24,000 nt of DNA from NCBI GenBank assembly GCA_963837215.1, contig CAWIML010000007.1, forward strand, positions 432,814 through 456,813. The letters are read 5' to 3'. This DNA comes from an uncultured Chloroflexia bacterium (GTDB lineage: Bacteria; Chloroflexota; Limnocylindria; Limnocylindrales; CSP1-4). This document shows, in pieces, positions 8,444-16,499 of the stretch. Numbering within the stretch: the stretch's first letter is position 1; every line of letters begins with the position of its first letter. A program made the translations under genes and the position numbers. Below the pieces are notes generated by a model that was not told where the DNA came from, made no database searches, and was given only the letters and a program-made list of their open reading frames with translations.

Positions 8444-9256
8444 CTAGCGCTCCCCTTCGTCTGGCAGCCAGGCCGGCGGCCGCTTCTCGAGGAACGCTCG
8501 CAGGCCCTCCTGACCCTCGGCACTCGTTCGCTGGCCGGCGATCTTCCGCGCCGTGTGCCAGCGGGTCGAGGCATGCGGCAGGCCTCGGACCTCGCGCACG
8601 ATGGCCTTGGCCGCGCGCGTGGCGGTCGGTCCCGCGGCGAGCAGGTCGGCGAGCGCCGTGTCGACGGCCGCATCGAGCGCCTCGTCCCCCTCGACGACCT
8701 CATGGACGAGCCCGATGCGGAGCGCCCTGGTGGCGTCGAAGCGGCGACCGCCCGGGAACAGCGCGCGCGCATGGGTCTCGCCGATCTTGGCGATGACGAA
8801 TGGGCTGATGACCGCGGGCAGGATGCCAAGGCGCGTCTCGGTGAAGCCGAACTTGGCCCCGGCCTCGGCGATCACGAGGTCGCTGACCGCGCAGAGTCCC
8901 ATGCCGCCGCCCAGAGCCGCTCCCTGCACCCGCGCCACGACCGGCGCCGGGCAGTGGTCGATGGCATCGAACATCTCGGCCATGGCCATCGCGTCCTGCT
9001 CGTTCTGTTCGACCGACAGGCCCACGCTGGCGCGCATCCAGGCCACGTCCGCTCCGGCGCAGAAGGTCGGGCCATCGCCCATGAGGACGACGGCCCGTAG
9101 TCGATCGGGCGGTTCCTTCGCCAGGCGATCGAAGGCCCGGCGGAGAGCGCCGATGAGTTCGGCGTCGAAGGCGTTGTGCCGGTCCGGCCGATCGAGGACC
9201 ACGCGGACGACGACACCCTCGGGCCCGGTGCGCTCGAGCCGCAGCGGCGCGCTCAC
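8444..9256 (-). CDS. Enoyl-CoA hydratase/isomerase family protein (probable methylglutaconyl-CoA hydratase)
   Basis: This is the C-terminal 270 aa of the 783-aa read-through ORF. It shows the crotonase motifs DRPDRHNAF, FCAGADV and GAALGGGMGLCAVSDLVIA. The GTG start at 9256 overlaps the stop of the upstream gene (GTGA). Confidence 0.85.
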   Translation of the reverse strand: MSAPLRLERTGPEGVVVRVVLDRPDRHNAFDAELIGALRRAFDRLAKEPPDRLRAVVLMGDGPTFCAGADVAWMRASVGLSVEQNEQDAMAMAEMFDAIDHCPAPVVARVQGAALGGGMGLCAVSDLVIAEAGAKFGFTETRLGILPAVISPFVIAKIGETHARALFPGGRRFDATRALRIGLVHEVVEGDEALDAAVDTALADLLAAGPTATRAAKAIVREVRGLPHASTRWHTARKIAGQRTSAEGQEGLRAFLEKRPPAWLPDEGER

Positions 9257-10561
9257 GGTGCCTCCACGCGGTAGACGCCGCGCATCAGCAGCCGCTCGAG
9301 GCCGAGACGCAGCATGTTCCGCTCCGACTGGCTGTCGGACTCTGCCTGGGCCGTGACGTGGGAGCAGGCGTGCGTCTCGGCGAGCCGGGCGCGGGCCGAG
9401 ATGAGCGCGCCATGGATGCCGCGGCCACGGGCCCAGGGAAGCACGGCGGCCGAGGACAGGCCTCCCACGCGCGCCCGTGTGTAGAGGCCGGCCGCGGCTG
9501 CGGGTCGGTCGTCGAGTTCGGCGAGGAGCAAGTGCATGCCCGGGATCGCGGCGATCCGCTCGGCGGCGGCCATCCAGGCCGCTCGGACAGCACCGTCGAG
9601 CCCGAAATCCATCGCACATGACCGTCTCCCAGACCGCCGCTTGATCTGGTCCGACCTCGCGGATCATCAGCCCCGGGACCGCCGGTGCTTCCTGGATCCG
9701 CCCGGCTTCGGCGCCCAGGATGGAGCCCCTGACCTCCGGTTCAAGGCCAGGCAGCGGCGGCTCGATATCAACGACCCAGGCCCTCACGCCGTTGCTCCGG
9801 AAGTGCTCCAGGACGCGGTCGCGCAGCACTGGCACGAGCCGCAGGCCGTAGGCGGCGTTGAAGTGGCCGCCGCGCAGCCCAGGCGCGGCACAGACGACGA
9901 GGTCGCCGAGATCCAGGACGCGCAGGTCGGCGCCCGCGGCCGCCACGGCCTCCCAGCTCGCGAGCCAGAAGCGGCGTTCGTTCGCCTCGAGGCGCTCGAC
10001 GAGATTGAGCACCATCGCCTGGGAGTCCGGCAGCGGCGGCAAGACCCGGAAGGCGTCGCCCGTTGCGACCGCACCCTCGTGCAGAACGCGCGCGTACATC
10101 CGGCTGTCGAGCGGATGCTTGAGGATCGAGATGCGCCCAGACTTCCCGTCGCTGAAGCTGTCTCGGATCGTATCGCAAGGGTTGTCTGGCGAGGCGATCT
10201 CGAGCTCCATGCCGGACGGGAATGCAAGCCTTGTGCCCGGCGCCAGCGAGGCCAGCTCGACCCCCTCGGTGGTCAGGTTCTCGCCCGCCGACCCCGGCGC
10301 GATCGCGTGTCCTTCCGCTGCCACCCGCCGGATGGCCTCGATGGCGAAGAGGGCGACCGCCCGATGCGGCCCGCCGTGAACCCCCGGACTGGCCTGGACG
10401 TCGCCTTCCAGCCCGAGGCGACCGACCCGGGTGCCCGGGATCGCATGCTTGGGCACGCCGCCGAGTGAGACGTTGACCTGCACGACCCGCCCGCTGCCGA
10501 GTGGCGCTGTCTCCGCCTGGAGATTGGCGTTTGGGCGCATCGCGTCATGGGTCTCCACCAT
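9253..10561 (-). CDS. MOSC domain - GNAT acetyltransferase fusion, frameshifted as sequenced
   Basis: The MOSC part starts at the ATG at 10561 (VNVSLGGVPKH..., GDVQASPGVHGGPHRAVALF, GENLTTEGV, NPCDTI). With no stop, it continues into a two-lobed GNAT (LVERLEANERRFW...HFNAAYGL...). The last about 119 aa (MDFGLDGAV...LPWARGRGIHGALI...) lie in the frame of ORF 9253-9612, which implies one surplus nucleotide near 9613. Confidence 0.65.
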
Positions 10562-10571
10562 GCCGCCGATG

Positions 10572-11477
10572 CTACACGGGGCCGAGCGCCTGCGGCCCGT
10601 CAGGAGGCGGGAGGTCCAGGCACTCGGCCGCCCACGCCATAGCGTGCCGGAGGTCGCCGAGCTGCTCGACCCGCAGCGTCGAATCCGGACGTGCCCAGTC
10701 GGGCAGCGGGGCCGGCGCCTCGAGCGCGTTGTGACCGGCGAGCATGGCTGCAAAACCCGGCTCATCCGGGAAACCGAGGCGCACGCGCGGACCACCTTCC
10801 GATCGCAGGCTCAGGACGGCCATCGCCGTGTCGAGCAGGGCGTTGCCAACGGCGGCGGTGGCCCAGTCCACGAGGACGGCCCGGTCGCTCACGAATGTCA
10901 CGTTGCCGCTGAAGACGTCGTTGTGGACGAGCTGAGCTCCGGCCAGCGGTACAGCCTCCTCGGCCGCGATGAGGACTGGCAGGTGGGCGTTCAGCCAGAC
11001 GCGTGAAACGACGCCAAGACCGAGGAAGGGCCTAGCATCCTCGGCCACGCGAGCCCAGCGATGCCGCGAACCGGGCCAGTCCTCGAGGCGCGGCAGGCCG
11101 TCCGGTGGCGCGACGTCGGCCTTCGCTCTCAATGCCGTCCATAGTGGCTCGAGGTCGTCGGGATAGGGTGGCGGCCAGGTGCCACGCGAGAGATCTTCCA
11201 TGACCACGACTGCCGGATCCACGGACCAACCCGCGACCCTCGGCAAGAACGAGCCACGCACGACACTGAGGACGCGCAGCTCATCGAGCAGTGCTGCGCC
11301 CGCGTCGCCGGCAGCCCACTTGACGAACATGCCAACGCCGTCCGGCAGGATCGCACGCGCCTTCCCGGCGCGCGTGTGTCCGCCGGCTTGGAGCTCCCAT
11401 TCGCTCGGCGCCACGCCTAACAGCCCGGTCACGGCCTTCGTCACGGCCTGCGGAGGCCGTCCTTTACGCGCCTCCAT
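10572..11477 (-). CDS. Phosphotransferase-family (APH/choline-kinase-like) kinase
   Basis: This is the C-terminal 301 aa of the 916-aa read-through ORF, with the start at the ATG at 11477 (MEARKGRP...). It has a beta3 Lys in GMFVKW, the catalytic LVHNDVFSGNV motif (HxDxxxxN) and the LVDW (DxG-equivalent) motif. Confidence 0.7.
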   Translation of the reverse strand: MEARKGRPPQAVTKAVTGLLGVAPSEWELQAGGHTRAGKARAILPDGVGMFVKWAAGDAGAALLDELRVLSVVRGSFLPRVAGWSVDPAVVVMEDLSRGTWPPPYPDDLEPLWTALRAKADVAPPDGLPRLEDWPGSRHRWARVAEDARPFLGLGVVSRVWLNAHLPVLIAAEEAVPLAGAQLVHNDVFSGNVTFVSDRAVLVDWATAAVGNALLDTAMAVLSLRSEGGPRVRLGFPDEPGFAAMLAGHNALEAPAPLPDWARPDSTLRVEQLGDLRHAMAWAAECLDLPPPDGPQALGPV

Positions 11478-11488
11478 GCACCTGTCAG

Positions 11489-13148
11489 CTACATCCGGAA
11501 GACGCCGAAGCGCGTCTCGCCGATCGGCGCGTTGAGCGCCGCGGAGATGGCCAGCGCGAGCACCTCGCGAGTCTGGGCCGGATCGATGACGCCGTCGTCC
11601 CAGAGGCGCGCCGTGGCGTGATATGGGTCGCCCTGTGCTTCGTACTGAGCCAGGATCGGCGCTTCGAAGGCCGCCCGCGCCTCCTCGGAGGCCCAGCTGC
11701 CACCTGGCTGTGATGCCTCGCCGACCGTCGAGAGAACGCGCGCCGCCTGGGCGCCCCCCATGACACTGATCCGGCTGTTCGGCCAGCTCCACAACCCACG
11801 CGAGCCATACGCCCGCCCCGCCATACCGTAGTTCCCGGCCCCGAACGAGCCGCCGATGATGACCGTGAACTTGGGCACGGCCGTCGTCGCCACCGCGGTC
11901 ACCAGCTTGGCCCCGTCCTTGGCGATGCCGCCGGCCTCGTACTCCTTGCCGACCATGAAGCCGGTGATGTTCTGGAGGAAGACGAGCGGCACCTTCCGCT
12001 GGCTGGCGAGCTCCACGAAATGGGCGCCCTTGAGCGCCGACTGACTGAAGAGGACGCCATTGTTGGCCAGGATGCCGACCGGCCAGCCGTCGAGATGGGC
12101 AAAGCCGCACACGAGCGTCTCGCCGTAGGCTGGCTTGAATTCGTGGAACTCGGAGCCATCGATGAGGCGTGCGATGACCTCGCGGACGTCGTAGCCGACG
12201 CGCAGGTCGGCGGAGACGACACCGTAGAGGCCGGTCGGGTCCTCGGGGTCCCGAGCGCCGGTGGCCGGGTCGGTCGGGCCCTCGACGGCGGGCGGCCGGG
12301 CGGTCTCGCGGGCCCATGGGGGGTCGGGCTTGCGCCAGGAGAGGCTGGCCACGATCTCGCGCGCGAGCGCCAGCGCGTGCTCGTCGTCGAGCGCCTCGTG
12401 GTCGGCGACGCCCGAGATGCGGGCGTGGACGGCGGCACCGCCGAGCTCTTCTGCTGTGACCACCTCGCCTGTCGCTGCCTGGACCAACGGCGGGCCGCCC
12501 AGGAAGATGGTGCCCGTGCCACGGACGATGACCGTCTCGTCGCTCATGGCTGGCACGTAGGCGCCGCCGGCCGTGCAGGAGCCCATGACCAGGGCGATCT
12601 GCGGGATGCCTGCCGCGCTCATGCGAGCCTGGTTGTAGAAGATCCGGCCGAAATGGTCGCGGTCGGGGAAGACCTCGTCCTGGAGCGGCAGGAAGGCGCC
12701 GCCGGAGTCCACGAGGTAGAGGCAGGGGAGGTGGTTCTCGAGGGCGATCTCCTGCGCGCGCAGGTGCTTCTTCACGGTCATCGGGTAGTAGGTGCCACCC
12801 TTCACCGTGGCGTCGTTGGCGACGATGACGCACTCGGTCCCGCTCACCCGCCCGATGCCGGTCACGATGCCGGCCCCCGGCGCATCGCCGTCGTAGAGGC
12901 CGTCCGCGGCGAGCGCGCTCAGCTCGAGGAAGGGCGATCCCGGGTCGAGCAGGCGGTCGATGCGCTCCCGGACAGGGAGCTTGCCCGCGCTCCCGATGCC
13001 TGGCCACGGACTTCTCATCGCCGGCCGCGCCCCGGTCGGCTAGGGCAGCAGTCTTCGCTCGCAGCTCCTGGACCAGCGATCGCATGGCGGCGTCGTTGGT
13101 CAGCCAGGTCTCGGAGCTCGGGTCGACGTGGGTCCGCAGCGTCGCCAT
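11489..13148 (-). CDS. Methylcrotonyl-CoA carboxylase beta (carboxyltransferase) subunit, frameshifted as sequenced
   Basis: The 509-aa ORF is carboxyltransferase-like throughout ([76 protein letters not shown]). The missing N-terminus [30 protein letters not shown]...VARHRERG is in another frame, starting at the ATG at 13148. One surplus G in the GGG run at 12984-12986 separates the two parts. Confidence 0.85.
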
Positions 13149-13336
13149 CGCCGCCGATGATAGGTGGCGCGCATGGTCGGCGCTGCTGGATGGGGGACGT
13201 CGTGGCCAGGCGTCGGGCGTCGCCTGCTTGGGCGCTTCGATGGTCGCGACGTGTCTGGCGACTTGGCACACAGGGCTCGATCGGTTGGAGTCGCGGTGGT
13301 CGGTGCTGCCGACTGCCATCACGTCTGGAAGCGCGC

Positions 13337-15050
13337 TTACCGCCTGCGGAGACGCCAGAAGGGCTCAACGCGTCGAGATTCATCCGGGTGCAAGTCGACC
13401 GTCTGGAGCATCGCCTCGAACGACGCCGAGTCGTAGGTCTCTCAGAGCCGCTGGTCGACGTGAAGCTGGATGACGTCGCCACGAGAGGCTGTCGCGACGG
13501 TGACGAGATGGTTGCCGTAACGTCATTGCCAATGGTTGCTGCCGCAGTTGCGGTCCAGGCCTTGCCGCATCGAGCGTGTAGGCGCCCAGTTGCCTCCTTC
13601 GGCCCGTCACAGATCCCAGCAGTAGCCTCGACGAACGGCGCGCGGCACAAGTCGCTCGCCGGCTGGCCGTCGAGCGGCTGCGAGACGACGGCGAGGTAGA
13701 AGTCTTCCTGGAAGGTCGGGTCGAAGATGACATCAGCCGCCGGCGAGTCGAAGTTGAGCGGTCCCCCCGTCCAGGTGTCGGTCGCCTGCCTCGTCTGCCA
13801 GCCGGACGGATAGTCGATCGAGATCCCGTTGAGCGTCGAGGTGTACCTCGAGAACCCCGGCGAAGGGGACGGTCGCGGCGACACCGAGGGTGACGGGGGC
13901 GCTGGCGACGTAGAGGGTGACGGGGACGCAGGCGCTTCGGCAGCGTTCTCGAGCGTGCCCGGATGCCAGGGGCCCGAGGCCCCGAAGCCGAAGGTCCGGA
14001 CGTTGGAGCCGTCCGCATCGGCGATGGACAAGCCGGAGGTTCCCCGTACGCGATCTGCGACCCGTCGGGCGACCAGTGCGCGCCGGACTCACCGGTGATC
14101 ACTTCCGTGAAGTCCGAGCCGTCGGGGGCGAAGGTGTAGATCGCCACATGGCCCTCGAGGCCAATGTCCATTGCGATGCGGTCGCCCGCCGGAGACCACG
14201 AGAGGCTGACGTTGTTCTCGGCCAGGGCCGGCTCGTCCGCCAGGATCTCGTGAGGGTCGCTCCCGTCCGCGTTGGCCACCCAGACGTGGGGTCCGGTCCG
14301 GTCGGTCGGAGACGGTACGCGATCTGGGTCCCGTCGGGCGAGAAGGTCGGCCCTCGCCCCTGCGCGATCCGAACCGGTTGGCCGCCTTCGGCGTCGACGA
14401 CGAACAGGCCCACGTCTGTGTCGCGATAGCCCCCGGCGGCGAAGACCACGCGCGACCCGTCGGGCGCGATCGTCGCGCCATACAGGTACATCGCGTCACT
14501 GTTCAGCTGGGTCTGGGTCCCATCCGCGTGGATGATGGAGAGAAGGTCGGGGCAACACAGGCTCCCGTCGTAGGTCGTATCTTCCCGCTTGACCAGCAGC
14601 TGCCTACCGTCGCTCGACCAGGCGAGCGGCTCGTCCCCCGCAGGGCTCAGGCGCACCATCGTCGAGGCAGAGGGTGCGCTCGGGTCGACGGCCCAGAGGC
14701 CCGGGCTGAAGCCGCCGTCGGCCCCCAAGTTCTGGAAAATGATCCTGCCGGCGACCGGCCCGAAGATCCCGAGCTCTGCCGCTGGACCGACGGACGGCGG
14801 CCGCAGGACGGTCAGCCCGAGCACGAGCCCCCCGGCCACGATCACGAGCCCCGCCGAGGCGATTCCCCCGAGAGCAACGAACGTCCGGTTCATCACCGGA
14901 ATCCTCCCGAGGACTGCGCGCCAGCCGACCTGCTGCCTGCTCCGCGCGTCCGCTCGAAGGTGGCTTCGAGCACTCGCTCGGGGAGCCGCGCGGAGCCGTC
15001 TCCTCCAGCCACCTGCTGATCGATTCGTCGAACCGCTCGTCTGTCGCCAT
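13337..15050 (-). pseudogene. Membrane-anchored anti-sigma-associated TolB-like (PD40-repeat beta-propeller) protein, multiply disrupted
   Basis: The protein can only be read by stitching frames together.
1. MATDERFDESISRWLEETAP. The start at 15050 overlaps the sigma stop.
2. ARLPERVLEATFERTR.
3. SRQQVGWRAVLGRIPVMNRTFVALGGIASAGLVIVAGG (transmembrane helix) plus SPDG..IAY repeats.
4. HVWVANADGSDPHEIL...WSPDGSQIAY.
5. LSIADADGSNVRTFGF...
6. GNHLVTVATASRGDVIQLHVDQRL, then an in-frame TGA, then ETYDSASFEAMLQTVDLHPDES, with the stop at 13337.

The junctions fall near 14990, 14940, 14314, 14043 and 13520. The in-frame TGA is at 13442-13444. Confidence 0.7.
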
Positions 15051-15605
15051 CACGCAGTCCTGTTCTTGGCGACCGCCGGCTGCCGCGCGTCGGCTTGGAG
15101 CGCCGCACGCATCGCCTCGGTCGCGTAATGAAGTCGTGATCGGGCGGTCCCCTCCGGGATGCCGAGCATTCGCGCGATCTCGGCTGCCGAGAACCCGCTG
15201 TAGTAGTGCAGGACGACCACGGCCCGTTGCTCGGGCTTCAGTCGACTCGAACCCCCGCTCGAGCTGCTCCCGATCGGCGACCGACACCGGTGTCGTCGCT
15301 GATCGAGGCGCTCGAGCGGGAGCGGTCGCACCTGCTGCGACCAGCGCCGCAGCTGCCGGCCCTGGTCTGCACAGGCGTTGACCACCAGGCGATAGAGCCA
15401 GGCGTCGAACCGGTCCGGATCGCGCAGCGAGGGAAGCTGCTGCCACGCGCGAACGAGCGCTTCCTGCACCGCGTCCTCCGCCAGGTCCGTCGACCGAAGG
15501 ATCAGGCGAGCGACCGCGTACAGGCGATCACCGGCGGAGGTCGCGAGGACTTCGAATGCCTCGTGGTCTCCGCGGCGCTGCCGCCTCGACGAGATCGCGC
15601 CTCAT
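15050..15605 (-). pseudogene. ECF-type sigma-70 family RNA polymerase sigma factor, three frame disruptions
   Basis: The ATG at 15605 gives MRRDLVEAAA. After one surplus nucleotide (about 15575) the canonical RGDHEAFEVLATSAGDRLYAVARLILRSTDLAEDAVQEALVRAWQQLPSLRDPDRFDAWLYRLVVNAC follows (region 2). The conserved segment TTPVSVADREQLERGFES is readable only in a second frame (about 15305 down to 15243). The original frame then resumes with LKPEQRAVVVLHYYSGFSAAEIARMLGIPEGTARSRLHYA (region 4). Confidence 0.75.
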
Positions 15606-15722
15606 GCCCTCTCCATCCCGGCACGGCCGTTCTGGCACGTGCTGTTTGTTATGACGGATCGTGCAGGCCCAGATACTCAAACAACGGAACGCGGCGGGTC
15701 GAAGCGTTGCGACGGCTGCCAG

Positions 15723-16128
15723 TCAGGGCCAGTTGCCAGGCGATGTCCAGCCAGGTTGCCCGTTGCGATCGATCACGATCCCGATCGGCAGTTCACCGAC
15801 GTGGCTGCCCACGTCGATGGGCCCGATGAGTTCGCCGCCGTTCGCATAGATGGCCCAGTCGTCGGTGGGCGGCACGATGAACGTCACCGCTGTGTCCCCG
15901 GTGGCACCGATGCGGGCTGAGCGACCCCGACCCACCGCGCCTGGCCGACTGTTGGCCGGAACCGCGCTCCGGAACCCAGGCCCATCGGGGCGACCTCGAG
16001 GATGGCCGGTGCCATGCTGTCGTTGGTGACGGTGATGACGAGCCGTCGCGAGCCCGCAGGCGCGTTCGGGCCGGGGAGGCAGCCCGAGCGCCAGCGCACA
16101 GCGAGGGCCGAGCGACGGCGTGATCCAT
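15723..16128 (-). pseudogene. Small probable exported or lipoprotein-like protein, fragmented over two or three frames
   Basis: The ATG at 16128 gives MDHAVARPSL. Another frame then carries ...SGCLPGPNAPAGSRRLVITVTNDSMAPAILEVAPMGLGSGARFRPTVGQARWVGV (ORF 15884-16099). A third frame carries ...RIGATGDTAVTFIVPPTDDWAIYANGGELIGPIDVGSHVGELPIGIVIDRNGQPGWTSPGNWP (ORF 15723-15935). The N-terminal reconstruction is uncertain and I recognise no family. Confidence 0.4.
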
Positions 16129-16190
16129 GCTGGTCGACCGGCGCGCCAAGCTCTGCGTCACCGCGCTCCGCGTCAGCGGCACGTCGGATG

Positions 16191-16382
16191 CTAGAGGTAG
16201 CCGAGGTCCTCGAGGCGCTTCTTGACGACGTCCATGTCGTGCGTCTCGTCGCCGGCCAGGTCGCGCAGGACGTAGAGCACGAACTCGGTCACGGACCGGA
16301 AGCCGGTGCCCTCGATGACCACCTGCAGACGTTCATAGAGCGGTCGCGGGATCTTCAGGGTCACGGTCTCGACCTTCGTCAT
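16191..16382 (-). CDS. CopG/ribbon-helix-helix family DNA-binding protein
   Basis: Intact 63-aa ORF MTKVETVTLKIPRPLYERLQVVIEGTGFRSVTEFVLYVLRDL...KRLEDLGYL. It follows the beta-strand / helix / helix pattern typical of RHH regulators. No SD is present. A TAGACT -10-like box ends 7 nt before the ATG, so the mRNA may be leaderless. Confidence 0.8.
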   Translation of the reverse strand: MTKVETVTLKIPRPLYERLQVVIEGTGFRSVTEFVLYVLRDLAGDETHDMDVVKKRLEDLGYL

Positions 16383-16389
16383 TCGATGC

Positions 16390-16473
16390 AGTCTAGCCCC
16401 CCGGGCGGGCCTTGACCACTCCTGTGGGAGTGTATTAAGGTCCCCGCTGACCGAGCACTCCCAGGAGAGTGTA
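16390..16473. promoter_or_regulatory. Divergent promoter region with two 18-nt dyad-containing repeats (candidate RHH operator)
   Basis: On the plus strand there is TTGACC at 16412-16417 and TGtATTAAG/TATTAA at 16431-16439. On the minus strand there is TGGTCA (16418-16413), a 17-nt spacer, and TAGACT (16395-16390). Repeat 1 is CACTCCtgtgGGAGTGTA at 16417-16434 and contains a perfect 6+6 dyad. Repeat 2 is CACTCCcaggaGAGTGTA at 16456-16473. The two repeats share 14 of 18 positions and start 39 bp apart. Confidence 0.4.
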
Positions 16474-16499
16474 CGACGCAGCCAGGAGACACGACCACC

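Noticed and set aside
8444-13322. The 783-aa (8444-10795) and 916-aa (10572-13322) ORFs taken as single giant multidomain proteins.
   Set aside because: Each is a chimera of real coding segments and out-of-frame read-through. The 783-aa ORF is hydratase, plus out-of-frame GNAT, plus MOSC, plus a non-coding upstream stretch. The 916-aa ORF is kinase, plus out-of-frame mccB, plus the mccB N-terminus. Internal start/stop couplings (the GTGA at 9253-9256 and the gaps at 10562-10571 and 11478-11488) define separate genes.
13442-13444. The in-frame TGA read as selenocysteine or as a reassigned codon.
   Set aside because: TGA is used as a normal stop by many intact genes in this window, including cca, the TPR gene, the ECF sigma, the SBP, pdxT and the GNATs. 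No Cys-containing redox motif surrounds the site. The host gene already carries several frameshifts, so a nonsense mutation is the simpler explanation.
15685-15708. An ECF-type promoter-like GGAAC ... CGTT on the plus strand, upstream of the sigma region.
   Set aside because: The spacing is short (14 nt between the elements). The motif points rightward into DNA that codes only on the minus strand. No matching motif is present on the minus strand upstream of the sigma ATG.
16383-16499. A possible TPP (or other) riboswitch upstream of the NMT1/THI5-like binding protein.
   Set aside because: The hallmark CUGAGA and ACCCUUUGAACCUGAUC-type TPP elements are absent. The region is better explained by promoter boxes plus dyad repeats.
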